NCBI GenBank assembly: GCA_964016885.1
Contig: OZ024742.1
Span: 211,544,001 to 211,608,000, forward strand
Direction: 5' to 3'
Length of the DNA: 64,000 nt
DNA from: Eledone cirrhosa
Lineage: Eukaryota
Within the stretch, counting starts at the first letter, position 1. The number at the start of each line of letters is the position of its first letter. This document shows, piece after piece, positions 1 to 13,880 of the stretch. Below the pieces are notes generated by a model, which saw nothing but the letters and a program-made list of their open reading frames with translations, searched no databases and was not told the origin of the DNA. Both the position numbers and the translations under genes were made by a program.

Positions 1-93
<93 letters not shown>

Positions 94-110
94 CGCGTGT
101 GTGTGTGTAT
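1..110. repeat. Compound microsatellite (CT)n(TA)n(TG)n
   Basis: Directly visible. Confidence 0.95.
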
Positions 111-370
111 AACGAATTCTATTCTTCAGGTTCTGTTGGAAGGAATTGCTCCTGTTCCGAAATTTGATACTCCGTATGAGTTTCAAAACATCGTTTTCGA
201 AAGGTAACAAAGCTGGGTTACTAGGAGGGTTATTATAAACCCTAATTTAACCTGTTTATTGTCCGCTTTATCCTGGTTATAAAAGGCGCGTCAACGCAAC
301 CTTTTAAGGAACTAATCCGTTTATTGAATACCTCCTAGGTACGGGTATGTTCTTTGTAGAAATATTCAGG
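111..370 (-). mobile_element. Penelope-like element, degenerate N-terminal ORF fragment
   Basis: Manual minus-strand translation gives 'ISTKNIPVP' and 'NNPPSNPALLPFENDVLKLIRSIKFRNRSNSFQQNLK', resembling the N-terminus of PLE RT proteins; frameshifted. Confidence 0.65.
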
Positions 371-1751
371 TGTTGTTTCTGCATGTTGATTTACTGCTGC
401 TTTCACCTTTAACAGGATCTTCTGAAACTAAAAAAAATCAATCTGTGGACGCAGAAGTAAATATTTCGAAAAACGTTGCAACCGAAGGAAAACAGGAAGA
501 CGATATTTTGGTTCGTGAAGACATTCCTTGGCAATAAACGAAAAAAAAACGAAGATAATACGTCGTTATGTGGACCGTAGAGAACAATTTCACTCAAAGA
601 CAAACAACCCAAACCACGTTTATGATATAAATGGAGTCATTAGACTAATATTCTATTTAGGAAACCGAATGATTTTCAGCTCCTGAGTTAAGAATAATCT
701 AAATAAATTTGTTGAACGAAAATGATAGCGGTTATTAAAATCGTAAAAGTAATAATAGTTAAGATTTATACAATTATATATATACATACACACATCTATA
801 TATGTACATACACGTGCATACGCGAAAACGCACGCCGTACATACATATACATGCACATACACTTAAACACCAGCACACGTACGTATACCAGGCACGACAC
901 ATATACCCGCGCACGTACTAACGTATACGCCAAATACACACATATATATGTATATAATTAAATATACATATATAAATATACACGCATATAAACATATATA
1001 ACACATACACATACATACACATATGTTCAACAAACGTACATATACCAGTAAACATATGTACACATATACACAACATACATACGTGCAAACACACATACAC
1101 ACTCATACATGGTGGCTACCAACTCGTTTTCGAGTAAGGCCACTACTTTATATCCATGTAGGAGAACCCCGACCGATGCGCTGAACGAGTGTGACTTTTT
1201 AGTCCAGCCAGCGACTTAAAAACTCTGGTACAAACACTACACTTGTGACAATTATTGACACATAGTGCTGGGCCCATGGTACGATGTGACGACAAGTGCA
1301 GAGAGATTTCCAGATATAAAGCAATGCCTGTGCCGTGAAACTTTTATAGTGAGCAAAGGCACTGCACAAAGCCAGTCCCACTCTCTTAACCAAGATGATA
1401 TTTACCAAAAAGAAGAACAAGGTTGCATGTGTTATATCAGAGTTTTCCTTCTCCTAGAATTCTGCCTTGACAAAGGCTAAGGGGTCATCTCTCCCGGTGA
1501 TTTTAGATGGCCATTGACTCTTAAGAGCTCCTTTGCCCTTTGACAGGTTTTGTTTATAGTCCTGCAGGATGTCCAAAGTCACCCTCCTCACCAAGAAACC
1601 TTGGTGGGGTTGCCAGTTTAGTCGCCAACGACCCGACCATGAGACAGGTTGTACTGGGATACATGTTACCAGTAGCACCAACTGGTGACATGACATATAC
1701 ATATATACACCAACTCATACACATGAGCAACAATAATCAAGATATATATAT

Positions 1752-2350
1752 ATACTAGTATTTCAGTATACATATGTGGATGTACATTTTTAATTTAACT
1801 TAATTGTTTAAGCGTCAGTCATACAAAAGTGAGTTACAAACGAAACGAAATTTAATTTCGTTTCGTTATTTGTTTTTATCGTCTCCGTTGAACCGGTACG
1901 TACTCACGCTCTATGCAAATTAGTCTGCCCACTACTAATTTTCATAGAAAAAGCATATAACGATATGTGCTTTTACGATTCTCTAGAAAGGCCGGAAGAT
2001 AGGTAAATATTGCTGATGAGTTGTAACAACAACGAAACTAGTTCAATATTCCTTGTCTGGCTTTCTGGAGAATAGAGGAAAGGTGTTTCCTCAAAAACCA
2101 GTATGACTCTAAAAACCGGTTTGTCTGTGTGTTTACATACATAATAGCTGGACACTCACAGTAAAGTGACCAGTGAAAAACTCGGTACATCTACATATGT
2201 ATACGTGTGTGTATTCATATGCATACTAGTATTTCAGTATACATATGTGGATGTACATTTTTAATTTAACTTAATTGTTTAAGCGTCAGTCATACAAAAG
2301 TGAGTTACAAACGAAACGAAATTTAATTTCGTTTCGTTATTTGTTTTTAT
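1752..2350 (+). repeat. Identical ~128-bp direct repeats (1752-1879, 2223-2350) flanking a hammerhead; pLTR-like partial tandem
   Basis: Both copies read atactagtatttcagtatac...aacgaaacgaaatttaatttcgtttcgttatttgtttttat; period 471 bp. Confidence 0.85.
2006..2050 (+). ncRNA. Minimal type I hammerhead ribozyme
   Basis: aatattg CTGATGA gttgt-aaca-acaac GAAA ctag TT caatatt: 7-bp stem I, 5-bp stem II, palindromic stem III, GUU cleavage triplet. Confidence 0.85.
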
Positions 2351-2382
2351 ATATATATAAATATATATAAATATATATAAAA

Positions 2383-2631
2383 TCATCAACATCGCTGTCA
2401 GGGCTTCTCTGGCAACTTAAGCATGATAAAGTTGGATATTCGATGGTTTGGAATATAGTCTCAAAAGGGATTCCTTTTAATTCCTCTTCTGAGACTTGTG
2501 ACCTCTGCGCGGAGGAGATATTCTTTATATTAAAATCTAAAAATTCCCTTAATTTACGAACCAATTTATTCAGCTGTTGCAGACATAGATTGAACTCAAC
2601 ATTTAAATATAAATATAAATTTAAAATGTAG
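2383..2631 (+). mobile_element. PLE GIY-YIG endonuclease C-terminal fragment
   Basis: TSLSGLLWQLK...WNIVSKGIPF...CDLCAEE...NLRTNLFSCCRH; CxxC and CxH motifs. Confidence 0.8.
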
Positions 2632-3299
2632 TATATTTACTTAAGATATTTGACTATTTGTGATACTTGGCGATAAATCTTTCGATTCCTTTAATTTTTT
2701 TTAAAACCTTTCCGCATGAATATATAATTAATGAGATTAAATAAACTACCCTAAAATTGGCGTTGGTCCCAATCTTTTGAATAAATTTTTAAGCTGGATA
2801 AACTTCTATAATAAATATAAGAGCATTTGTAGAATAAGTTTTGAATGATTTCTGATAAATAAGGCTTGGTGAGCAATTTTGGTCTTGTTTGCTTTGACTC
2901 TGATTCTATGACCGATATGCGTGGCATACTATGTTCTCTTGCGTCCCTAGATACTCTGTGGAGTGACGAAGATATTCTTGGCGTTTTTAATTTTAATATT
3001 GATATCTGTTGTCTACTCTATGCTTGATCGATGATTGTTTTAGATGTTAATGTATTTCTTATATGTTTTGTGTCTATATATATGTATATATGTATGTAAA
3101 TGTATGTAGGGTGGAATCTCTTCTAACGCATTGAAGTTTTTTTTTTCTGACACATTGAAGTTTTTCATGAAATATAAGAATCAGTGCAGCGTATCACCTA
3201 GGTTCACATGTGCGTCTTTATTTATCAACTTGAATTTGAGATAACCTTCTCTTTTCTCATTTTTCACGAGAATGCATATATACTTATGTTTGAAGTTTT

Positions 3300-4062
3300 G
3301 CCTCAGATTTTGCTTATAGACCTAAGAATTTTTAAACTGAGCATGTGGTCATTTTTTTTACACATTATAGATATGTGTCTCATTCATGAATACTGGTATT
3401 TACATTATAGTGCCTAATTCATAAAAATTGATAATTCAAATGGATGAGACAATATATTTTTAATATATTTTAAATATATCATCTTTCTTTCTTTTTCTCC
3501 TATACACTAATCTAACTGTATCCCTTCCCTTAACCTCTCACATATACGATGATCATCTGTCAAAATGCAGCCTACTATGTTTTTTATTTTGTTTTTTTTT
3601 TCACCATCGATGTATTTCTCTCTATCCTTGTCTCTCTATCTCGCTCCGTTGTTTTTCTTTACATACATCTCTTTTCTCTTTGCATACATCTCTTCATCTT
3701 CTTCTTTTTATTTACATACATCTCTTCACCTTCTTCTTCTCATCTTCGTTTTCTTTCTATATAACTATCATAACAGTTTCACTACCAAATCAACTTTTTT
3801 AAAAGGAAGTTGCATTCTCAAAAGGTATGTCACTAATTATTTATAAAACAGCTTATGTATTGTATTTTGTCTGAGGAAGGCATAACATATTTTTAATATG
3901 ATATCCCAGAAATATATATAACGAAATAAATATGGTTTTATAAATATAGTTTCCATTTGTTTAATATCGTAAACCTACTCCAGAAATTGTCGAGTGCTTT
4001 TATATCAGTTATAAAATATTTACTCGTTGTAACCCAACAATCTTAAATAAAACTTTTGCATA
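3300..4062 (+). mobile_element. PLE 3' repeat (pLTR) family B copy
   Basis: Homologous to 15940-16918 and 33791-34060; contains a hammerhead and ends in a (TA)n-like tract. Confidence 0.7.
3863..3928 (+). ncRNA. Type I hammerhead ribozyme (family B, partly decayed stem II)
   Basis: tattttgt CTGAGGA agg..catat/atatg..ccca GAAA tatata TA acgaaata. Confidence 0.7.
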
Positions 4063-4405
4063 TAAATATATATAAATATTTATACATAATACACATACAT
4101 ACACATACACACACACCCATATATTCACCCCCCCCCCCACATATATATACACATATATACATATATACACATATACGCATACATATATACGCACAAACAC
4201 GTAATACACATAAACATATACATACATACACGTATATATAATATACTCCTATAACATATACAAGCATATATACGTACGAAAAAGTATACGTACCTGCACG
4301 AACATACGGATAAGGTATACTTACCTATACAAATATGTAATGGTATAAACATAAAATATACTTAGCTACCACATAAAGACGTAAATTATCTGCGTATTGT
4401 CCGTA

Positions 4406-5508
4406 CTATCCGTTAGGGTATAATGTGGGGCTGTAATACAGGAAGGTTTTATGCAATTTGTGTTTACAAGCCGAAATTGCCTCAGATTTTTTGTTTAAGA
4501 TGTGGTCATTGGCGTAGAGTAATTCCAGGGCTTCAGTGGCGCAAAGATCGCATGGTCTTTTGTTTCCGTTATACGATCTAGCTTTAGCTAGGATCTCCCA
4601 ATGTAACCTATATTGAGTGTGGTTTTCTTTTAGACTCCAGATATAAGCTGAAAGTGACGTCATGTTCCTTCTTAAAGGGTTAAGAAAAGAATGGGTGTGC
4701 ATGTAAAGACGCTGCTTGAATCTATTGGCGGTTAACCCTATGTAGGCTCTACTAGACGTGGGTGTGTCGACCTTACATTTGTAGACAATTTTACTGGAGG
4801 GGCATTTCCCGGATAGAGGGCAGTCTTCCCGATTCCTACAATTACAGTTAATATTAGCCACAGAGTTGCTAGTGTTACTACGGCTAGGTAATTTGGCTAA
4901 ATTTGATGCAGTGATGTTATGTGCAAAGTTAGAAGTCGTGGAGTAAAATATTTTAACTGTATTTCTATTAAAAATGTTATTATATTTATGTGCTAAGGGG
5001 AATGTTTCTTAATAAGGGAGAGAAAGATCTTAGCTAATGGTGTGGCCACCTCCATATTATATGGTGGGTTATGCCATATAATGCGTCGGTATCTATTTTC
5101 CCTAGGTTTATGCTCATACTTAGTATATGCTACCTTAGCGACAAATCCACTCCGAGCTAGAGCTTCATTGTAATATGTGGAATGATCGGTGAAAATATGC
5201 TCGTTTGTAGATAGACGAGAAAGCCTCAATGAAACGTTTCTTACCAGGTTCTTGGTTATACTGGCAGGATGGTTAGAATGCTTACTGATGTAATGAAGCG
5301 TATCATTCGGCTTTCTATACGGGTAGTGCAAGCCGTTCGACAAGTTGAGGGTAACGTCGAGGTAGTTCACAACAGAAAGGTTGGCCTTAACTTGTATGGA
5401 GAGGTTGAAACCTTGAAAGAAGCTGTGAGTTCTTTCCTAAACCAGTCGCAAGCGCGGGCACCGCATTTGGTCATGGTCAAAAGACCATCATCGCAGTACA
5501 GGCCTCCG
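4406..5508 (-). mobile_element. 5'-truncated PLE (Naiad-type): RT C-terminus plus GIY-YIG endonuclease
   Basis: GLYCDDGL (RT motif 5), NYLDVTLNL..YRKPND..SNHP, CNCRNREDCP, IVYKC..AYIG..FKQR, CDLC..E, CKH; contains a frameshift and a stop. Confidence 0.9.
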
Positions 5509-5883
5509 CATATATATATATATATGAGAATTCTGGTAAAATTTATGTGCATTTTTTCTTCAAACTTCGATTTTGTACCTAATTCCGTGTAGTTAACTAT
5601 TTGTCTAGTCAATTTCTACAGGTTGGAAGAAATAATGAGGTAAGTGTCATATGGCTGTACATCGCGGAAAATAATCTGTATCATTTGTCGATTATTTCTT
5701 TATAAGTACATTTTAAACTTATAGCCTCGTTTAAATGATTTTTTATGTGGTTAATTTATACTGATTGTGAGAGGAAATACTGTATATATTTTATCTAACG
5801 ATTCTTTGGACTTACTTTTATATATATATATAATATTATTCAAAATGTTAACAAATGAAAAATATTCTCATATTCAAAATATA

Positions 5884-5946
5884 TATTTTATTATACATAT
5901 TTCAAAGGTACAATAGTGTTTAAGTACGTTTTCATCAGACAAAATA
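5884..5946 (-). ncRNA. Type I hammerhead ribozyme
   Basis: Minus strand: tattttgt CTGATGA aaacgtac..gtaccttt GAAA tatgta TA ataaaata. Confidence 0.8.
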
Positions 5947-7792
5947 TAAGATTTGATATGTGACATACCGCTACGGTTTTGATTATTCAATTCCAATATT
6001 GGCAGAGATTTATTTCACCAAATCTCAACGTTTTTATACCACAAATAATATGATAAACTTAAAGAAGAAAAGGACATAGAGCAAGTTAGAAATATAGAAG
6101 GGGGATGCAAAGAAGAGGAAAAGGCAAGACATAAACAAATAAATAAATAAATAAATAAATAAATAAATGAATAAATAAATAAATGGATGAATGAATAAAA
6201 GAAGAAAAAAAGATATAAAAGAAAAGAGGAATAAAAACAAAAGAAAAGGAAGATGTGGGGAGAACAAAGAAAAAACGAAGAGGAATAAAGAAAAACGAAG
6301 AAAAGGAAGAGGAAAATATGAAATAGAGGAGAGAATAAAAAACTGTTGTATTCAAATGCTAGATAAAATAAGAAATCAAAAATCTATTCACATATATCAA
6401 TGAATATCGCTTGCATTGGATTATGCTTTAGCTAATTATACTTTTATATTATATCCAGATTATTAGGTATAGATTACTTTCTATAGCAATCAAATATTTA
6501 AGTTAATTACAAATTTATATAATTTAATTTAGCTCATTATAGATTATTATAATTTTAAATTTTATGGTAAGATATTCTATTAATATTTTACTACAACTTT
6601 AAAAGAATTAATCTTTAAAGCGTAATTAAATAATTATTAAATATGTATTAAAATATAATACCATGCATATATCCCCATCAATACATATAATATATTTTGT
6701 TAATTTATTATCCAAATTAATTTAGAAATTCGCTTTATAAAAGCTTTGTTATTATTTAATTTCCATTTATTTCCTAGAATCCAACTATGGTTATATTTAC
6801 TCGCTTTAATTTTATTTCATTTAATGAATGGTTATATTTACATCTGTATTTAATTATTCTGATATATATAGTTTCCTTTTAATGATAGTCTATGTATTAT
6901 TAAACTATTAATCATTATTTATTAATCCATATTTCATATTTAATATGTTTTTTCAAGCTAGTCAAAAAGAAATTTTTATGGACAATGTAAACAAAAGGAG
7001 GATAACTCATTCACAATGTACAAGCATTTATAACTTATAGGGAATTTCTACTCTGACGTCCAGCGATATTTTAAAAGCCTTGAATTATCTATTGTATATA
7101 TCGTAATTGATGCCTAATTAAATATTGAACTATCATAATCAAAGCATAGAATAAAGAGACTCTTAATGAAATTATTCCATTACATATAAATATCAATTAA
7201 TTATTACTTCAATTAGGCAAAATTTATATATATTTAAATTATTAATTGTCCTTATTTCTTTTTTAACTGATACATTGCCTGGAAAGTTTTACCAATTTTA
7301 TGGTGACAACTACTAAATCAAAGGCCCCTCAAAATCACGAAACGTCCGCCTACCCTATTTTTCCATTTTTCAATATACTACTGATTTTGGTATCAGTAGA
7401 TTACTGGGCCAAATCAGGTTATCTTAGATTCTTTAAAAAATACTCGTACGAATTAAATACAAAAAAGTTTCAGTCCAAAACAAAAGCAAGCTATTTCAAA
7501 TTATATATTTTTGAAATAAAAAAAAACATTTGATCTCAGTCGAAAAAGCTTTTTTTTTTTAAATTCTATATTTCACTGTTAGCTGTTGTAATATTTTGAG
7601 TGGATGGACAATTGAAACTGCAAAGTCAAAATACAAAAGATGCAAAATATGAAGAATTTCTTACCTTTCTCTGAAATCACAAACTCAGGGGAAAAATAGT
7701 ACCTTGCAAAATAATATACCTCGTAGCAAAATAAGTAGTAAGGAATGAATTGAGAAGCTTGGTGACTGAGAAAGCAATATTTTTATCTCTTA

Positions 7793-10378
7793 CTAGCAGA
7801 TTTACCCGGCGCTGCTCGGGGTTTGAAATTATGCTAAGAATATACAGCTAGGAAGTAAAAGAAGAACATTATTTGTCCCCAACCTGTCAAAATAAGCTGA
7901 AGTCTTCAATAATTAATGCAAACGAATATTTAGTGCAATCTTTGTACACATAAAACTATGCTGATAATGAAGGAAAACACTGAACAGGATGTACTTATAC
8001 AAATGATTAAAGACAATACACGTTGCAAATCTGTAAAAAAACAGGCAGTTTTGCTAAAGTACAAAAAGTTGTAATGAAAGCAGAGTTGTATAAAAACAAA
8101 AAAACAATGAGAGTAGAATAAGAGAAAATCTATTCTTTGAGAGCATCCTTTGCTGTGTATAGTTAAATTTTTAACCTATAATCCAAAATATCCTGCATGA
8201 CATATTCATTGGTATGTTTTGTAATGAGTAAGGTGAAGTCAAGGCAGAGCTGTAATAAGTTTTTTTGTTAACACTAAAGCACTTCAGGATAGACGATATT
8301 CTCTGTTTTTCTTTTCGGAAGAAACGCAAAGAGATTATCTCGACTGTCAACTCGTAAGCAGGCAACGTAGAATTGTCCGTGCGAAAAGCAAGGTTCATCC
8401 AAGTGAATTCCAGCGACGGACAGAGTTTGAACTTGCGACTTGTTTATGGACATCGCAAAGGCAACACGAAGGGGAAATTGGGTTCAGCGAAAGGAGAAGG
8501 GAGTATCCACGCCTGATGTAGTCAGGCTAATTTTTGTTATTATCACATCCTCGCCTTTTCTACATCCGGATAGAATGGTAGCGTCAATACTAAGTGGAGA
8601 CAGTTTTTTAACCACAAGGCGTGTACCATTGCATAGTTTTGGAGTGATATTTCTCAGCAAAATAACTGGTGTTCCCTCTTTCAGAACCAATGTATTAGGA
8701 GGTAAACCAGGAGAATTTAAAGAATTTAGAAATTCAACTGGATAATTGACCGCATCCTGTGGATCACATACAGTATCAATAGATTTATATATCCGTGGAC
8801 ATCCAGGAAGAAGCTGAAGAAGCTGATCGTTAATACAGCTAACCGTGATATTTTTGGGTGCAAGAATGGCTCTTTCGCATAGCCAATCAAGATTCGTATA
8901 GTTATCACGCAAGTTCGGGAATACACTCGCCTTGAGATCATCGACAGTTTCAACTACATTGCAGATGTGATCAATTGCTATGTGTCCATCTGTATCCGGA
9001 GGTAGGTTACCTTCTCCTATTGTAAGAATGTCTCCAGAAAATGTTGATGACAGAGGGTCCCCATGCTGATGTCACTTGTCGCCACAATGATGAAGACTTA
9101 AGACATGCATTTACCGCATCTGCTCTTGTTCCTTTCGGTATTATAGGAAGAGTCTGTCTGAAGTCTCCTGATAGCAGAAGAGGGACACCCCCCATAACAC
9201 CACTGCAATCCCGTATGTCTTGCAAAGACTTGTCTAGTGCCTCAAGAGCACCTTTGTGCGCCATTGTGCACTCATCCCAAACAATAAGGTGACACCTTCG
9301 CAGCAGATGAGCCCTTTCGGAGTCTTTGGTGATATGACAAGTAGGAGTTTCTAATTTTGCCAAATCAAAGGGCAATTTAAAAACTGAATGTGCCGTCCTT
9401 CCACCAAGAAGCAAAGTTGCTGCCTTTCACATTTTTGTACTGTCTCTGCAGATCTTGCAGCAGCAGTATCTGTAGCATCCATAGCAAGGCGTGTTTCACG
9501 TTGCTCTGTAGTCTCTGCAGCTCGTGCTGCAGCAGTTGCTTTAGCATTATTGGTTCGCCGCACTAACTGACGCTCAGCGGCGGACAAAGATGTTGCAATA
9601 ACTGTACTCACCGCATTTAGTGATTGTCTATTTTCGGTTATCGGCGGAGCGTCATTTACACGCATTGTTTTCTTCGACCGATAGCCAATATGTGCATACT
9701 TTCTTTTACGAGGCATATTTGGTGAAAAGTTGTAAAGTCAAAATGTATGAATTGAAGCGTTACAGTTAACTTTGAAAGTGCAACAATTTTTTTTTTTTTA
9801 AATTCTATTTTTTGTATCAACATGGCTTGGTTTATGAAAGTTTTAAAAATGTAAAAGTTGTAGGTCCCAATGGTTTGAATGGAAAGTCCCATAACGATTG
9901 TTCTAAAAATAAACAAATCATCATCAAAATCTCGTCAAATCGAGACTGCTGCGAGATTAGGCCCTTAACACGAAAATTAACACTTAATATAGTGAAACAA
10001 GTTAAAACAACAAATGTTTTTATAACTTTGAAAGTGCAACAAAGAATAAATAAGAAACAAACTATAATATTAGTGATTTATCTTCAAATGAATGTGATGT
10101 TTATATTTCTGAAAAGTTGGTTATCTCCCTTTTTTACAAGGATTGTCAATAAAGTTTGTTATCTCCCTTACATCAATTTTTCTACCGATAATTTTGATAT
10201 CAATTTTTTTATTGCTCAACGTGGGTCGATTTGAAAAATGTTTGTGATGTGACAATCTCAGCGACCTGTGCAACGTGCACAGAAAATTTGGTCAAATTCA
10301 GTTGGTAATTGTGAAAGCCTTATGCATGCAAAGTTGTACACAGACACACACACATCTTCGCTTTTATATATATAAAGA
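7793..10378 (-). mobile_element. Helitron, internally deleted (RepHel N-terminus fused to the Pif1 helicase C-terminal half)
   Basis: 5' TC at 10378; 3' hairpin cccgagcagcgccggg then CTAG at 7793; inserted between A and T. Motifs GGRTAHS, IVWDECTM, LSGDFRQTLP, ERAILAPKN, KLCNGTRL, FAMSINKSQ. Confidence 0.92.
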
Positions 10379-10381
10379 TAT

Positions 10382-10459
<78 letters not shown>

Positions 10460-10578
10460 CATACACATACACAAACTTGTGTGTGTGTGTGCCTTGGTAC
10501 AGAAAGAATTTTGTCTACAGTTTTTTATTGCTAGGTCAAAGGCCACAGCCCTTTTCAACAACGCCAAATAACAACGCT

Positions 10579-10629
<51 letters not shown>

Positions 10630-10690
10630 AATGAAGAGAGAAAGAGGGAGGGACAGAGAGAGTAAGAAATGTGTGTGTGTTTGGTACACG

Positions 10691-10723
<33 letters not shown>

Positions 10724-10831
10724 TTATTTATTTATCTCCAACAGGAGGCTCACACATGCGGCCCGCGAACTACTTATCTGTGGCCCGTGGTAGAACCAAT
10801 ATTTCATATCGCATTATAACTGGTGAAAATA

Positions 10832-11048
10832 AGGCGGCGAGCTGGTGGAATCGTTAGCACATCTGGCGAAATGCTTAACGGTACTTCTTCCGTTTTTACG
10901 TTCTGAGTTTAAATTCCGCCGATCTCAACTTTGCCTTACATCCTTTTGGGGTTGATGAATTAAGTACCAGTTGTGTACTAGGATCGATGCAATCGACTGA
11001 ACCCTAAACCCCATATTTCATGCCTAGTTCCTATAGTAGAAATGATTA
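10832..11048 (+). mobile_element. tRNA-derived SINE (octopus-type)
   Basis: ggcggcgagctggtggaatcgttagc head, B-box-like gagtttaaattcc, body actttgccttacatccttttggggttgatgaattaagtaccag; many copies in this window. Confidence 0.8.
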
Positions 11049-11433
11049 TGACTGGTGAAAATTGTCACCCACCACCACGTTTGGCCCACTGTGCCTCTCC
11101 TCCAGGACGTAATAGCCCTTTTGTGTCCTTGAGTTTTCGATCCGCTCTTCTACACACACACACACATATATATATTATACTTTTTTTTCTGTCTCTGGAC
11201 TACGCCCATGCTGGAGCATCACCTTGGTAAGTTATGGGGACGTCAACAAACCAACAAGCATTGGTGGGAGGGCAAACACAAACGCAAAGACACACACAAA
11301 CATATATACATATATACGACGGGCTTCTTTTAGTTTCGATCTATCAAATCCACTCACAGGGCTTTGGTCGGTTTGGGCAGTGGGACTGAACCCGGAAATA
11401 TGTGGTTGGGAAACCAGCTTCTTGTCACACTGC

Positions 11434-11519
<86 letters not shown>

Positions 11520-12134
11520 GAGTTATAAACTCAAATATTTTAATTAGTATTTTTCAATCTAGCTAACTTGGTCATTTGCAATGCAAACACATGCATACTT
11601 GTATCAGTGTTTATCCCTATCATATATTCATTTGTAATACACGGCTCAGAAATATTCCTTTCTTTGAGCTATTTAATTGTAAAAGACTATTTGAGTTTAT
11701 AACTCTATATATAATATTCTCGGCTCCATGCGTTGAGCTAATTTTTAGTCCCATAAAACCGGCTGCTATTTTTAGCGGCACGAGTATGAGACAAGCTAGA
11801 CGCTGGGATACATGTGCGTTCAACAACACATTTCTCTCAGTCTTCCTAAGTATTTTGAAGTGAAACTTACCAATTTCTGGATACCTGCAGAAGAGCACAG
11901 GAATAGGAAATTTCACTTAATTGTTGCGAAACAAATTTAAAGTTTAAAATTTAAATTTGTCCAGGTATCACGGCTATTGCCAATATAGGTTTGTTTTTAT
12001 TGATTTATTATTTTAAATCGAAACAGGCAAACCGTAATATTTTAATTAGTATTTTTCAATCTAGCTAACTTGGTCATTTGCAATGCAAACACATGTATAC
12101 TTGTATCAGTGTTTATCCCTATCATATATTCATT

Positions 12135-12231
<97 letters not shown>

Positions 12232-12320
12232 CCTTACACACTTAAAAATAAATGCATGTATAAATGCATAGCTATATACATACGTAAATGTATGTATGTA
12301 TATATATATGTATGTAGATT

Positions 12321-12353
<33 letters not shown>

Positions 12354-12362
12354 AAATATATG

Positions 12363-12465
<103 letters not shown>

Positions 12466-12591
12466 GTAGGAGGTGAGTTTTATTGTAGTACAATAAAGCA
12501 ATGCAGATATCGGATAAGAAGCACTCTACAGTTTGTAGGACTGGAGTATACATAATATATAAGATCAAAAGATGGTTAAATGAGTTCCATG

Positions 12592-12662
12592 TATTTTATT
12601 ATGCGCATTTCAAAAACAAATATCATCATGCAATAACATTTGTGTTTTCATCAGATAAAATA
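12592..12662 (-). ncRNA. Type I hammerhead ribozyme (family C)
   Basis: tattttat CTGATGA aaacacaaatgttatt-gcat-gatgatatttgttttt GAAA tgcgca TA ataaaata. Confidence 0.88.
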
Positions 12663-13009
12663 GGAGGACATGATATGAAGGTTAAAAACACTTGTGGATA
12701 GTGCAGTTTTAAATCAACATATGAAAAGTAGTTTTAGATTGATGTGTGATATTGGGGAAAACATTTTTTGAGGGGGGGGGGGGGTGAAAAAGAGGAGGAG
12801 ATGAGAGTAAAAAGTGGAGGGGGAGGAGTATAATGAGGAAGGATGAGATAGGAGGAGAGATGGGTGATAGAGAGAGAGAGAGATAGCTTTTATAACTGAT
12901 AAAAATATATTGTTTTACATAGAGAGGTTGAAAAAACCGTTGTAAGATAATGTATAAATTAAAAGAATTTGAAAATTAACGAAGAGAAAAATAATATAAA
13001 GTTAAGGTT

Positions 13010-13185
13010 TGTATATTGAAGGGTTTAATAATATGTGCGATGAAAAGAAATTGTTAATATGTATTAAGAATAATATTTAAGGGTTTAATAATATGTGCGA
13101 TAGAAAGAAAATGTTAATATGTATTAAGAATAATATTTAAGGGTTTAATAATATGTGCGATGGAAAGAAAATGTTGATATGTATT
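13010..13185. repeat. 60-bp tandem repeat x3 (mirrored at ~14520-14690)
   Basis: gggtttaataatatgtgcgat... repeated in register at 13021, 13081 and 13141. Confidence 0.9.
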
Positions 13186-13608
13186 ATTAAAAAGAACAAA
13201 AGTAATGTAAGTAAGGATATATTGTGAGATGAGCATGAATAAGTTAGATGAAAGTGAGAAAAAAATAATGAATAGAGGATGAATAATCTAACGTCAAAAA
13301 AAAATGTTTATGTTTACGAAGGATTTTTTCAAGGTGATATAAAGTAAGAATATAGTGTATTGTGTAATAATTGTTTCTATGTTAGGCAACAGTGAGAAAA
13401 GGTACAGATTAGGGGTTAGAAATTAAAAGAAAAAGAAAAGAAAAGGAAAAGGAAGAAAGGGAAGTGATGAATAGGAGTGATATAGAATATAATAAATAAC
13501 TTTGAAATAAGGTAGAAAGATGGGTATATTTTTAAAGAAGTATATATATATATATATATATATATGTGCCTTTGAGAAAAGGATTCTGAATTGATAAAGT
13601 TTAGGATA

Positions 13609-13880
13609 TTAGCTGTATACTTTATGGAAAGTTCTGTGGAATTTATGCAAGCAGATAGAAAATAAGTCAGTGCGTCTGTTTATTATAGAATCTAAATTAG
13701 ATATAATGGTAAATTTTTCATTTATACAGAGATTACAAGTCTTGGATAGAGAACTGTTCAAGTCTGAAGAAGCAGAGGAAACCTTTTTCCAAGAGATGTT
13801 ATATTTAATATTTTTGTCTTTCAAGGACCATATGAGTTCTGAGAGAGCCGTGTTGGTTCTTTTAAGTTTATATTTAAAAG
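13609..13880 (-). mobile_element. PLE GIY-YIG C-terminal fragment at the fold-back centre
   Basis: TALSELIWSLKDKNIKYNISWKKV...CNLCINEK..INRRTDLFSICLH. Confidence 0.85.

Noticed and set aside
1200-1690. GC-richer segment with short ORFs
   Set aside because: No recognisable protein motif; possibly a LINE 5' UTR remnant, but this cannot be supported from the sequence alone.
8280-9420. Host Pif1 helicase gene
   Set aside because: It is intronless, disrupted, lacks Walker A and lies inside Helitron termini.
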